Numbered from the whole stretch's first letter, positions 1 to 11,170 are shown. The stretch: DNA of 63,871 nucleotides, filler included, from Octopus bimaculoides (GCF_001194135.2; 7 parts of 7 records of this genome joined end to end with filler, not necessarily neighbours in it), one strand, 5' to 3'. Notes: generated by a model from the letters alone, not told the origin. Numbers and translations: made by a program.

Positions 1-23
1 GTGTATATATATATATATATATA

Positions 24-201
24 TCATCATCATCATCGTTTAACGTCCGCTTTCCATGCTAGCATGGGTTGGACGATTTGACTGAGGACTGGTGAAACCG
101 GATGGCAACACCAGGCTCCAGTCTGATTTGGCAGAGTTTCTACAGCTGGATGCCCTTCCTAACGCCAACCACTCAGAGAGTGTAGTGGGTGCTTTTACGT
201 G

Positions 202-202
<1 letters not shown>
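24..202 (-). mobile_element. SINE-like / RTE-3'-end-type retroposon with (GAT)n tail, young copy
   Basis: (CAT)n tail on the + strand followed by a unit identical over ~179 bp to the inverted copy at 21968-22146; related pieces at 3695-3925, 12030-12240 and 12660-13040. Confidence 0.75.
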
Positions 203-233
<31 letters not shown>

Positions 234-358
234 TATGTATGTATGTATGCATGTATGTGTGTGTATGCATATACGTGTGTGTGTGTGTATCATACACACA
301 CACACATATTTAGTAAAAGGCAAAAGATTTATCCGCTTGACTTTTTTTTAATGCCCAG

Positions 359-478
359 CTAATGCTAAGGAACCAGCTATTCCATATACTTCATATGGCA
401 GTACCCTGAACATAATGACAGTTACTACAGCAGATAAACAAATAGATTCAGAGGAAAATACACCAGCATCAGTTCTTG
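359..478 (+). CDS. 120-nt phase 1-1 linker exon of PLAT-repeat membrane-protein gene: (A)NAKEPAIPYTSYGSTLNIMTVTTADKQIDSEENTPASVL(G)
   Basis: Poly-T/CCCAG acceptor, GTATGT donor at 479, only this frame is open; same-length paralogous exon with the same splice sites at 20138-20257. Confidence 0.8.
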
Positions 479-639
479 GTATGTATTTCTTTGATTTACA
501 ATGTCTATGGAATGCTAGTTCCCCCTTCTATAAACCTCTTGATCCATCTCTCCACATTGTTCATATTTATCTGTCTGTCCTTATATTGGTCAGGAGTTGT
601 TTAGCTCAATCTTCTTCTGATATTATATTTTTCCCCCTG

Positions 640-780
640 CACTACCAAGCACTGCACTATCAACTCACAAATGCACTACAGCCTGCATATATAGGACACG
701 AAGGCACTACAATCCCAGAGTCACAGGCAGTAAAAGACTTGGGGATCAGTATGTTCAACAATGCATTATTTTATATTCTG
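640..780 (+). mobile_element. CR1/L2-like LINE reverse transcriptase C-terminal fragment
   Basis: Translation contains TTIPESQAVKDLGI, resembling the VKDLGV thumb motif of CR1/L2 RTs. Confidence 0.5.
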
Positions 781-1228
781 CATCGCCCACCAGATAAGGG
801 ATCGAGGGACCCTATCAAAGGCTTTCTTCAAGTCCACAAAAGCCAAATATAGGGGTTTATCTTTGGCAAGGTATTACTCTTGCAGTTGCCATACCAGGAA
901 TATAGCATCAGTGGTGCTTCTACCTGGCACAAAACCGAACTGCATCTCATCTAAGCAGACTCTCTCCCTAATTAGTTGGGCTATGACCCTCTCCGTAACC
1001 TTCATCACCTGATCCAGCAGTTTGATACCTCTGTAGTTATTTCTATCTAAAGCATCACCTTTACCGTTGTAGCAGTTGACTATGGTGCTGCTACGCCAGT
1101 CATTGGGTATGACTCCATCATGAACTACCTGGTTTACAATACGGGTGACTAGGCCATAACCCACACCACCAGATGTTTTAAGCACCTCAGCAGTGATTCT
1201 TGATGGGCTGCAGGCTTTTCCTGTATAT
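780..1228 (-). mobile_element. RTE-clade LINE reverse transcriptase fragment
   Basis: ORF 874-1254: IPNDWRSSTIVNCYNGKGDALDRNNYRGIKLLDQVMK...QFGFVPGRSTTDAIF; clearly homologous to the RTE at 54184-54760. Confidence 0.92.
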
Positions 1229-1229
1229 A

Positions 1230-1525
1230 TTTTTGTGAAATTAAATGGTGGCAAGATATTTTCTAAATTGGATCTCTCTGACGCGTGCCTACAGATTAGA
1301 GTAGACGATGAATGCTCTAATTTAACAGTGTTTTGTCGACATTTTCAAGATTTTGAAAAAGGCATATAATGAAACAATAACGATTTTGCACTCCAACAAA
1401 TGTACCGAGTGTACCGAGTAACATCTAACCTGAATACACAGTCAGGAATGTTAGCTGCACAATTGATGTTTGCTAGAAAGGTCAGATCTGTTTTTGATAA
1501 GTTGATACCGAGTGAAAATACAAAA
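1230..1525 (+). mobile_element. Ty3/Gypsy pol remnant (RT piece joined to integrase C-terminal piece)
   Basis: FVKLNGGKIFSKLDLSDACLQIRVDDECS (RT motif), then YRVTSNLNTQSGMLAAQLMFARKVRSVFDKLIP (integrase C-terminus). Confidence 0.8.
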
Positions 1526-1750
1526 AAGGTGTGTGTGTGTGTCTTTGTGTTTGTGTCTGTCCCACCACCACTACCCGACCACCAGTATTGGTTTGTTCAC
1601 GTTCCTGTAATGTAGCAGTTTGGCAAAAGAGATTGATACATTAAGTACCAGGCTTCAAACCATAAGTACCGCAGCCGATTCGTTCGATTAAAATCCTTCG
1701 AGGCGGTGCCCCAGCATGGCCGTAGTTCAATGACTGAAAGAAGTAAAAAA
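1526..1750 (+). mobile_element. SINE family B, 3' half
   Basis: (TG)n-GTCCC...GGTGCCCCAGCATGGCC...ACTGAAAGAAGTAAAA; same family as 26180-26515; shared with the duplicated block at 18480-18715. Confidence 0.7.
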
Positions 1751-1823
1751 ATGTATACAAACAGTATTATTACAAACAGTCAATCTATGTAATTAAACAT
1801 TATCTCATGGTGCTTTGTTTCAG

Positions 1824-2080
1824 GTTACTGCTGGAGAATCACATTTTACATTTCAAGCAATTATTTTTCTGGAACCTCAAATTATTTCACTGTTCAATTA
1901 ATCAATGATGAAACACGTGTTTTCTCAAAGAAATTATCTTGTGCAAAAAAATGTAAAAGGGGATCTCAACCAAGCTTTGATTTTTGCACCCCACAAATTG
2001 ATCCAGTAAAAGAATTAAAATTAAATGAAACGGTAAAAAATTTCTTCAAAAAATTCACATCTGGTTGGAGATTGGAAAGC
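1824..2080 (+). CDS. PLAT/LH2-like domain exon A, phase 1-0: (G)YCWRITFYISSNYFSGTSNYFTVQLINDETRVFSKKLSCAKKCKRGSQPSFDFCTPQIDPVKELKLNETVKNFFKKFTSGWRLES
   Basis: TTTGTTTCAG acceptor, GTAAGT donor at 2081, 257-nt open frame. Motifs GT-x-Y-x-x-V-Q-L, RG-x-x-x-SF and W-x-LES follow the PLAT consensus order. Paralogue at 18791. Confidence 0.8.
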
Positions 2081-2689
2081 GTAAGTATTTGGATAGAATT
2101 CTCATTTTTAATCCGTATGTGTGGGTGTGTATGTATGTGTGTGTGTGGATGTGCTTGTGTGTGTGTGTGCATGATATGTGTGTATGCATGTGTGTGATTT
2201 TGCAGCATTATCATGTTACTTAAAAGTTCCTATTTTCGATTCAGGTAATAACATATCAGTATTGAGCTCTTTGGCTACTTTCTCACACTACTTTCAATTC
2301 AGGCATTGAAACAGGTACATAAATACAAGGATATGAAAATATCTCCTTTTAATATGGAATGCAATCATCTCTCTCTCCTTCCCATTCTTTCTCTCTCTCT
2401 CTCACAAAGTAATAGACATACATACACATACAAACACATGCATACATATACATACATACATACATGCATACATACGTATGCATAGATCACTACACCTTGC
2501 TCTGGTATCAGCTGCTACAGTGAATGCAATTGAAAGGCTGACCACTGCATGGTCCACACAGTTATCAATGATAGCTACTAAAGCAACACCTGTTGTTACA
2601 AACAGAGTTAAGCTATCAACAAACATATTCCAGGGTAATAGCTTTTTTTTTTATCTGTAATATTGTTTGTATTGGCAGTGTATCCCTTG

Positions 2690-3350
2690 TCGGCCCTGTT
2701 AACCAAATGCCAAGGCTACACCAGATATAGGAATCGAGTTTAAGCTAGATAAATGCTTATATGTGATAGTCACTTGAGGAAAGATTATTGTCCTGACAGA
2801 GAACATGAATACCAACGGCTTGCCTATCTCCCCAATTTCTAACGATGAAATCTACAAGTACCTCGGAATCGATGAGAATGTAGCATACGTTGGTGCTGTG
2901 ACTAAAGCCAGTAAAACAGCAATAAGAGCAACACTGATAGGATACATGTGAGATGGCGGTAGAGGCATAAGGTCAGTCCAAACAACCTTTGGAATTCGCA
3001 TTGTATCACTCAGATAACACTAGCTGAACAGTAAAGAAAGAAACGAGTACATTCCATGCATACTCAAAAGGAAGAGCAACAACATTATCATAGTTGGAGA
3101 ACTACTGAGTAGGTGTTCTGAGAATCCAGCAGTCTTATGCAAACCAATGGAGGCTGGACTGGCCAACTTAAATAGAAGCTTGAAGGAGAAGCAGGCAGCA
3201 TACCAGCAAAAAGCAATGCATGGGTACATATCCCATAAGCTAGAGAGCAACAACAGTATTGACAGGAAAAGCAGACTCTCCTGGGCCCACAATAGATACA
3301 ATAGGCCCCACCTAGAAGGATTTACCTTCACTGTTCAGAAAATAAGATAG
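2690..3350 (+). mobile_element. R4/Dong-clade non-LTR retrotransposon fragment, decayed
   Basis: DIGIEFKLDKC...GK...YKYLGIDE, GGRGI and MHG...ID...W...LEG motifs, interrupted by stop codons. Confidence 0.75.
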
Positions 3351-3447
3351 CTAAATTCCTTTAACCTGGGCAATGCTGGTTATTTCTGCTAGTATATATG
3401 TATATATATATCATCATCAGTGTCCATGCATGAGTAGGACAATATAC

Positions 3448-3489
<42 letters not shown>

Positions 3490-3546
3490 TTGTTGGGTGT
3501 GTGTTACATGCAACATGGTTTACATTTTTATTTCAATTCTTTGCAG

Positions 3547-3640
3547 ATTAATCTGATGAACTTGAATACTTCAGCTACCTATAGCTGCACATTCAGTAAC
3601 CCTGGTGCTGATGAAAAAGGCTGTAAGCTAAATCCCAAAG
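3547..3640 (+). CDS. PLAT/LH2-like domain exon B, phase 0-1: INLMNLNTSATYSCTFSNPGADEKGCKLNPK(G)
   Basis: TTCTTTGCAG acceptor, GTAAAT donor at 3641, 94 nt. Phase matches the donor at 2081 and completes W-x-LES-I-x-L-x-x-x-x-T-x-x-x-Y. Confidence 0.75.
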
Positions 3641-3694
3641 GTAAATTATATCATATGTCTATGTAGTTAGCAAGCAATATATATATGTATGTAT

Positions 3695-3925
3695 GTCATC
3701 ATCATCGTCATCATCGTGGGTGCTTTTAGGTGCCACTGGCACGAGGGCCAGTCAGGCAGTACTGGCAACGGCCACGTTCAAAATGGTGTATTTTACATGT
3801 CACCTGCACAGGAGCCAGTCCAGCGGCACTGGCAACGATCTCGCTCGAATGCCTTTACACATGCCACCGGCACAAGTGCCAGGGAGGCGACGTTGGCAAC
3901 GATGCATAAATGCGCTATCATAGAA
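3695..3925 (-). mobile_element. SINE-like retroposon piece, same family as 24-202 and 12030-12240
   Basis: GTGGGTGCTTTTA(G/C)GTGCCA...GGCAACG core, closely similar to 12030-12240; (CAT)n at the left end. Confidence 0.65.
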
Positions 3926-4894
3926 AGATTCAAGTAAAAGAACAGAAAAGTTAGACGCGGAGGAATAGAGATAGACACAACAAAGAATATATAGTAAAAT
4001 CATTAAGGGATGTTTAGAATAAACGAAGATAAGATAGAAGATAATTAATGAATGAAACTGTTCTTATATGTTACCCTTTGAATGTTAAAAAGTTAGCTGT
4101 ACAGGATCTTGTTAATCTCTGTCACAGATTTTTAAAAATACTTTACCTTTATTTTCTAATTGATTAATAATTTTAATTAATTTAATTAATTTAGTAAATT
4201 AACCATACTTAATTTTATATCTGTATGTGTGTGTGTGTACATGTGTATATATATATATGTTTATATATGAAATACCTAATGATTTCACTTCTCTACTCCC
4301 ATAATTTAATAACCTGTCTATTGTTTTTTTTTTATATATAACCATTTATTGTATTTTTGCAAGGGTATGTATGCATTAACATTATCGTTGTTGAAATTAA
4401 TTGATGACAATAATTATTTTTATAACTGTATATATTTTTATATTATATATTAATTGTATTGGTACACTGTATTTTCTTGATGGCTTATTTAATGTTCTCG
4501 TTATATTTTCCATATGTTATATATAAATCTCTTTGTATATTCTTCCCTGATGAGATTTTGGCTTATAATAATTAACGAAACTGATTTACTTAAATTAAAT
4601 TTGATTGACTTTATGCTATAAGTGATGAATTGAAACAATTATTCCTATTGTCCATATTCATCCATCTGTCCATATATTTTTTTATTTTTTATTCTTTCAG
4701 TGATCGCTATGTGAATTGTGTCATATGGACAGAAATGTGAATTGTGCCATCTCTGTCAACAACCTGTAGCCTTCTCAGCCTGCAGCTCCACTTTTTCAAG
4801 AACTCAGTAACAATACACTATTTCTTTTTGAATCCTATTATTTGTTTACAACCAAGAAGAATAATCCTTTCTATTATAGAAACAATACCTGAAA

Positions 4895-5075
4895 TTTTAA
4901 GGGAGTGGGTCTAGTCGATTAGATTGATCCCAATGCACAGCTGGTACTTATTTCATCAACCAAAAAAGACAAAGTCAACTCATGCAACATTTAAACTCAG
5001 AACATAAGATGGACAAAATGCTGCTAAGTATTTTGTCCAGTCAGCTAAAAATTCTTCCAGATTGCTGCCTTAGTG
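4895..5075 (-). mobile_element. SINE family A, diverged
   Basis: GTCGAT...CCC...CTGGTACTTATTT...AACTCAGAAC...GCTAAG pattern shared with the copies at 7432-8062. Confidence 0.65.
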
Positions 5076-6104
5076 AAGACGAATAATACAAGGAAGAAGC
5101 GTTACTATAGAAGTGTCATTGTGTCAACATATGCAATTTGAATGACCTATGTCAGTTACTTAAAAAGTTATGCCAACTTTCGCTTTATTTTAGTTACAGT
5201 CCTTATAATATGCTATATACACTATTCATAAATCCTTTTGGAATGTATTTCCCAAATGTACTTTTCTTTGATTTAACTTTTACATACATGGGTTGGTCAT
5301 TATAACCAGATTTATATAATAATATACTGTTTTGAATCGCACTACATTTGGTTTATCCAAACAGAACGTTTGCTAGTTTAAAAATTTACTCGCAAAACTG
5401 TTTCTTTAAATTAGTTCTAACTTAAAATCTGGACATTTATATGACACCAATTATCTCTCATATTCTACCATCCTGCTTGCTACCCAAATAGATAAAGATC
5501 CATAAGATAGAACTCCTTTAGCTCAAGCTTCTTTGGTTATTATATTTTCCTTATTTTATTTTTTCACTGATCCTACTATTCCCATTTCGTTGTTTCCCTT
5601 TCTTCCCTTCTTCTCTTTTGTTATGTATACTTCTACATTTGAGTTATAACTTCCTTTGATGACCTTAAATGTGACACACAGACAAAAACAGACAGGAACA
5701 AGCAGAGTAATATTATAATATTCATTGTTAGAGCTTTAACACTGGTTTTCATATTTGTGACAATGTTAAATTGAACTGTTGTTTCTAGCAAAAGTCTCTG
5801 TCTCGTTCACACTCACGCTTTAAATTCACTTCAGAATCAAAACAATAAACATTGAGCTGTAATTTCTAACCAAAAAAACCTGCCTTCTTTATCATATATC
5901 GCTAGAGAATTTTCTTCAGCGAGGGATTTTTAGACATTTTGTGTCACTAATACTTTTTAGTTAGAAATTCACCTCCTGTAAACCAGTACTTCCCAACCTT
6001 TTTTTCACTTTTGTTACATTTATATTCTTTTCACAATTCAAAATAAAAAAATAATCACTATAAGTGTGACTTTGTTTTTTTTTTCTGTGAATTTATCAGA
6101 ACCA

Positions 6105-6189
6105 ATGGCGGCTAGCTGGTTTGCAAGTATATTTTTGTCGCATTTTGCCCTGTGTTTGCAGTGTCTTCAAATTTTAAATCTTATATACA
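6105..6189 (+). CDS. Candidate first coding (signal-peptide-like) exon MAASWFASIFLSHFALCLQCLQILNLIY, phase 1 end
   Basis: Polypyrimidine tract + CAG at 6097-6099, then ATG at 6105 and a hydrophobic 28-aa stretch. Only a moderate GTGACC donor at 6190. Phase fits the acceptor at 6720. Confidence 0.3.
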
Positions 6190-6269
6190 GTGACCTTGAT
6201 TCTTGAATTAGGGTATAAAATTTCTCCAATAATTATAACATACATTTGTACCATATTGATATATAGAGA

Positions 6270-6515
6270 GTGGAAGTGTGTAGCTTCATGGTAGAGTGTT
6301 GCACTCGTGATCATGAGATTCTGATTTCAATTCCTGGACCAGGTGATGTGTTATGTTCTTAATCAAAGCACTTCATTTCACATTGCTGCACTCCTCTCAG
6401 CTGGTAAAAATGAGTAATCCTGCAACAGACCAATGTCCCACCCAGGGAAGGAACAGACATGTTCCAGAATCCAGGAAACTGGCATTGTGAACCTGTGGCT
6501 TGGAAAAACTTTTTC
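6270..6515 (+). mobile_element. tRNA-derived SINE family D
   Basis: A/B-box-like head (TGGTAGAGTGTTG...GATTTCAATTCC) and GCACTTCATTTCACATTGCTGCA core; inverted relative at 36100-36375. Confidence 0.65.
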
Positions 6516-6719
6516 ATCTTTTTATTTTGGGGCAGGGGTGGGATTGGAGGATATAGTGGATGCAATATTTAGCATGCTCCAGGCCATTGGAACATTTTGA
6601 ACTTGTCCCTTATGTTTCAAACATAATGTGGGAGAGAGGTGATGGTGGTTCTATGTTCCATCAATAAATTTGAAAGAGTATATGTGTTGTTTGAATCTGC
6701 TCTTAAATGTCTATTGCAG

Positions 6720-7021
6720 ACAAGAAAGCAAGAGGCTTAANNNNNNNNNNNNNNNNNNNNNNNNNNNNNNNNNNNNNNNNNNNNNNNNNNNNNNNNNNNN
6801 NNNNNNNNNNNNNNNNNNNNNNNNNNNNNNNNNNNNNNNNNNNNNNNNNNNNNNNNNNNNNNNNNNNNNNNNNNNNNNNNNNNNNNNNNNNNNNNNNNNN
6901 NNNNNNNNNNNNNNNNNNNNNNNNNNNNNNNNNNNNNNNNNNNNNNNNNNNNNNNNNNNNNNNNNNNNNNNNNNNNNNNNCCTGAGAAATACTGTCTTCC
7001 ATACAACCATAGAATTACTGG
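6720..7021 (+). CDS. Exon or exons spanning an N-gap: (D)KKARGL...LRNTVFHTTIELL(G)
   Basis: TTGCAG acceptor just before the gap and a GTGAGT phase-1 donor at 7022 just after it; the interior is unsequenced. Confidence 0.45.
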
Positions 7022-7134
7022 GTGAGTATACCTTAACAAGACCTGGATGAAACTGCTCTGCTTACCCAAAAGGTTATGCATGAATATGAGTTTTAAGAAT
7101 GATGTTAATATTAACATTAACAATTGGGTGGCAA

Positions 7135-8062
7135 GTTGGCAGAATTGATAGCACAGCAGACAAAATGGTTAGCAGCATTTCAATCATATTTATGTTCTGA
7201 ATTCAAATTCTACCCAGGTCAACTTTGCCTTCCTTCCTTTTTGGGTTGATAAAATAAGTACCAGTTGAACACTGGGGTCGATGAAGTTGACTTGTTTTAT
7301 TGACTTGTTTTATGGCTAACATCATCATAATAGTTCCATTGTTTTTAGTGGCAACAGACAATCTCTGAATAAATGAAAATATCAAACAAATATTGTACAG
7401 GAACATCTGTAGGAAGATTTGNNNNNNNNNNGATTGGATCGACCCCAGTACGCAACTAGTACTTATTTTATTGAACCCGAAAGGATGAAAGGCAAAGTTA
7501 ACCTCAGCAGAATTTGAACTCAGAACATAAAGACAGATAAAATACTGCTAAGCCTTTCACCTGGTGTGTTAATATTTCTTGTTTCTTTATTGCCCACAAG
7601 GGGCTAAACTTGGAGGGGACAAACAAGGACAGACAAAGGGATTAAGTCGATTACATCGATTCCAGTGCGTAGCTGGTACTTATTTTATCGATCTCGAAAG
7701 GATGAAAGGGAAAGTCGACCTCGGCGGAATTTGAACTCAGAACGTAACGGCAGACGAAATACCACTAAGCAATTCACCCGGCGCGGTAATGTTTCTGCCA
7801 GCTTGCTGTCTTAAATAAATAAAATATTTATTTCATTATTGCCTGCTGGGGACTAAACATAGATGGGACAAACAAAGACAAACAAAGGGATTAAGTCAAT
7901 TACATTGACCCCAGTGCAAAACTGGTACTTATTTAATTGACCCCGAAAGATGAAAGGCAAAGTTGACCTCGGTGGAATTTGAATTTAGAATGTAAAGACA
8001 GACGAAATAAAGTTAAGCGTTTCGCCCAGCATGCTAACGTTTCTGCCAGCTAGCCGCCTTAA
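7135..8062. mobile_element. Cluster of four family-A SINEs: one on + (7135-7295) and three head-to-tail on - (about 7432-7575, 7580-7810, 7835-8062)
   Basis: Repeated GGCGAAAT...TTCTGAGTTCAAATT...TTTCATCCTTTCGGGGTC...AAGTACCAG consensus. Confidence 0.85.
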
Positions 8063-8772
8063 TAAATAAAATGTTAAACAAGTAAGTATTGTACAGGAAC
8101 ATCTTTGGGAGATTTGTAAATCATAGATAGAAAAAAAACAAAGAATGCTAAGGATTGGTTTTGAAGTGAAGTTTTAAAGAACTTCCTGCTCTCAGTTACT
8201 ATTCAAGTGAATTATTTACGCATGCATACACACATATGCCCATTTTTATGGCACACACATATGTATGTATGTATGTATATATATATACCTATATTTATAA
8301 ATAATTATCTACATAACGTACACAAACGCATGCACACAAGTATTTAAAGTCACACCAATACACTAAAATTATACACAGAAAGGAACATAGAATCTTATTG
8401 ACAAAATATATTAAATCTCACTTTAGACACAAACCCCAAAATATAAGAAGTCACTGTATAGCTTATACATATTGATTCTACACTCTTCATTGGAATTAGT
8501 TTATCAAACCAACGAAAGAACTAACAAACAAACTGATCCCAACAAGATTTGGAATCAGAATATAAAGGATCAAAATTATAAAAAAAAAAAACAACGTTTA
8601 GCTTGACGCTGCATTGATTCGGAGTCGTTGCTGCACTTGTGGAAATTATATTTTTAATTAACCAGTAAGTTGTGGCTCCTTATTTCCTCCATTTATTTCT
8701 TTTTATCGTTTATTTTTTGCTTGTTTTGTCCATTGAAATATAGAACATGCTGTGGCACAACCTTAAAGGGTT

Positions 8773-9116
8773 CAGGAGTTCTCAACCATTTTTTATCTAC
8801 AGACCCCTTTCATAACTATTTTATTCTAGTTGACCCCCATCTCATTACTATTCAATGTTCAAAAACTAGTTTTATAGAAACTTCTTTTAAAATTCCTATT
8901 TTGTTTTTCACACATTAACTTGAGTAGGTTGAACCATATAAAATGTTAAAGAAAAAACACCCAGCTGTTTCTTGCAATACATACAGATAAAGCAAAATTT
9001 TTTCAGGGGCCCTTAAACTGCTATTGGGGATCCCCAATTTTCTATTTTGTTTCTTGGGCCCCTAAAATATTATATGGACCCTAAAGGGCCATATAGACTT
9101 CGGTTGAGAACCACTG
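8773..9116. mobile_element. Non-autonomous hAT-like MITE inserted into a family-B SINE
   Basis: Terminal inverted repeats CAGGAGTTCTCAACC / GGTTGAGAACCACTG; SINE sequence resumes on both sides. No clean 8-bp TSD seen. Confidence 0.7.
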
Positions 9117-10034
9117 GTTTAGATAAACAAATTAACGCCAGTACTTATTTTATTAGTCTTTATCACCAAACCACTAAGTTATGAGGATGTGAACAAACCA
9201 ACATTCACGGTTGAGCAATGGTGGAGGGACAAACAGAAATGCACACGCACACACACACATACATCTAGACAACAGGCTTCTACACAATTTCTGTCTACCA
9301 AATTCACTCAGAGCTGTAGTAGAAGACACTTGACCAAAGTGCCACACAGTGGGACTGATCCAAAACCAAAGAGTTGCAAAGCATGCTTCTTAACCACACA
9401 GCCATGCTAGTGTATTAATTATTATTTCTTCTTGGAACAAACTTGGAAAAATCCAAAATTTATTGAAAAATAGTAATTTATGCATTTTTATGGCATATAT
9501 TTATGACAGGTTGAATTTGCCTTTCATCCTTTCGGGGTTGATAAACGAAGTACTAATCCAGGGTGATGGATGAGCAGAACAGCAAAAACATTGGATCAAG
9601 TGCTTTTTGGCATTTGTTCAACTCGATGTGTTGGAGGAACCAAATTAAACAAAGAGTTCAAATCTTGTCATAGTCCTGTTTGGTTGACAATCTTAATCTG
9701 TTATCCAATTTAACATCACTGCTTGCCATTTTAGGTGCTTTCACTGGAGTCCACGATATTGCTCACGTTTAGATTAGGTCTTTGATTTGAGGCTTCTTTC
9801 CTTTCTCCCTCCCACTCATCTCAGAGTGCTCTGTATGTGTGTATGTATACATACATATTTAGTAGAAAGTGGGTTATACATCTTTAGATTGTATACCTGA
9901 CTTCCTACTATAAAATTAAAATATAACGGAACGCTGAACTCCAGACTAAACAACTTAAACAACATTTTATTTAGGTGGTAAATATATACATCTTTAGTTC
10001 TTGTTGTTACAGCTTCTGTGTGTATGAGCATAGT

Positions 10035-10220
10035 TGTTGGGACGTGGGTATGCAGTTGCGAGCGAGCTGTCGAGTGTAAGTCCGAAAGATGTAGAGAGAC
10101 AGCTTTAATACGTCCATGCTCAATCGCTGGCCAGCGAGAAAGAGAATGAATTGAGCGGGAAACGCTTGCTTGTTTAATTCTACGCATGCGTAAGACTACG
10201 CATGCGCAGGCGTTACTACA
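10035..10220 (-). mobile_element. Probable solo LTR
   Basis: On the - strand it begins TGTAGT, ends CCCAACA and contains an internal ATTAAA; near-matching CATAG/CATAC flanks; GC-richer than its surroundings. Confidence 0.45.
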
Positions 10221-10329
10221 CATACACATTAGTATACATACATACAAACATGATGTAAAACCACCACATGTTTTCGCAGCTAGCGACATACCAACAGATT
10301 CATAGTTCCTGCCAGCCATACTACATTAC

Positions 10330-11170
10330 TGGCTGAAGTAACTGGAAGAGAATCTGGATCAAGGAGAAGGTGTTTAACCAAGATGCTCTCTGGCTGGAAG
10401 AAATCCGAAGAAGTTACTGCTCCTGCGTTACATCCAAGACATACAACATTGATGGTGAAACTCTTGCAACTGCAATCCAGAAACTCTAGGATGGAAAAGC
10501 ACCGGGAAGAGATTTCATTGTTGGATATTGGTACAAGAAGCTAACCTTCTACCGATCATATCTTATCAATTTGTACCAGCAAGATCTCAATGGGAACAGT
10601 AGCATACCACACTGGTTAGCTCTGGCAGAGACAAAATTGATCCCCAAATACAGAACCATCCACACGGCAAAAAATTACTGGCCAAGTGCATGCCAGAACT
10701 TAATGTATAAGATACACACAGCATGCTTAAACCTTTTCCTCCAGGACCATTGTGAAACCAATAACATCATCACAGTAGAACAAGCAGCTGGGAAAAATGG
10801 AGTCTGCAGATTGCTGAGCAATTTGTTAATCAACAGAACTGTGATGTCAGGGGTGCGAGAGCATAGGAGGAACCTAGTTTAAATGTGGCTAGACTACAAA
10901 AACAACTTTGACTCTGTTCCCTACTCAAGGAAGCTAGGAGCCCTTCAACTTGCTAAAGTTCCCGTGAGCATAGTCAATGCCATAGCTGACCTGACTTCAT
11001 CGTGGGCCACCATCTTGAAATTAAACAAAGAGTGACTGCATTATCACTGATAGAATACAGTATTGCAAAGGTATTTTCCAAGGGGACAACCTCTCTGTGA
11101 TGTTGTTTACACTTTCTGTAAACCCCTTGTCATTCATGTTAAGGAAGTTTGAAGGATATTTCACTGGTTC
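10330..11170 (+). mobile_element. R4/Dong-clade LINE reverse transcriptase remnant
   Basis: GKAPG..IVGYWYKKL, PHWL..AETKLIPK, EQAAGK..LLIN, WLDYKNNFDSVP and GIFQGDNLS.MLF.LSVNPLS motifs, with stops and frameshifts. Confidence 0.85.

Noticed and set aside
4547-4582. Hammerhead-ribozyme-like CTGATGA...GAAA core (similar partial motifs near 37185-37222, 43895-43922, 48630-48652)
   Set aside because: Stem II or stems I/III cannot be paired convincingly by eye; at best degenerate Penelope-like ends. An Infernal search with hammerhead models would be needed.
5644-5706. 63-nt phase 1-1 candidate exon (ITSFDDLKCDTQTKTDRNKQ)
   Set aside because: Rare GAG acceptor, weak donor, and no similarity to the 63-nt exon at 20925.
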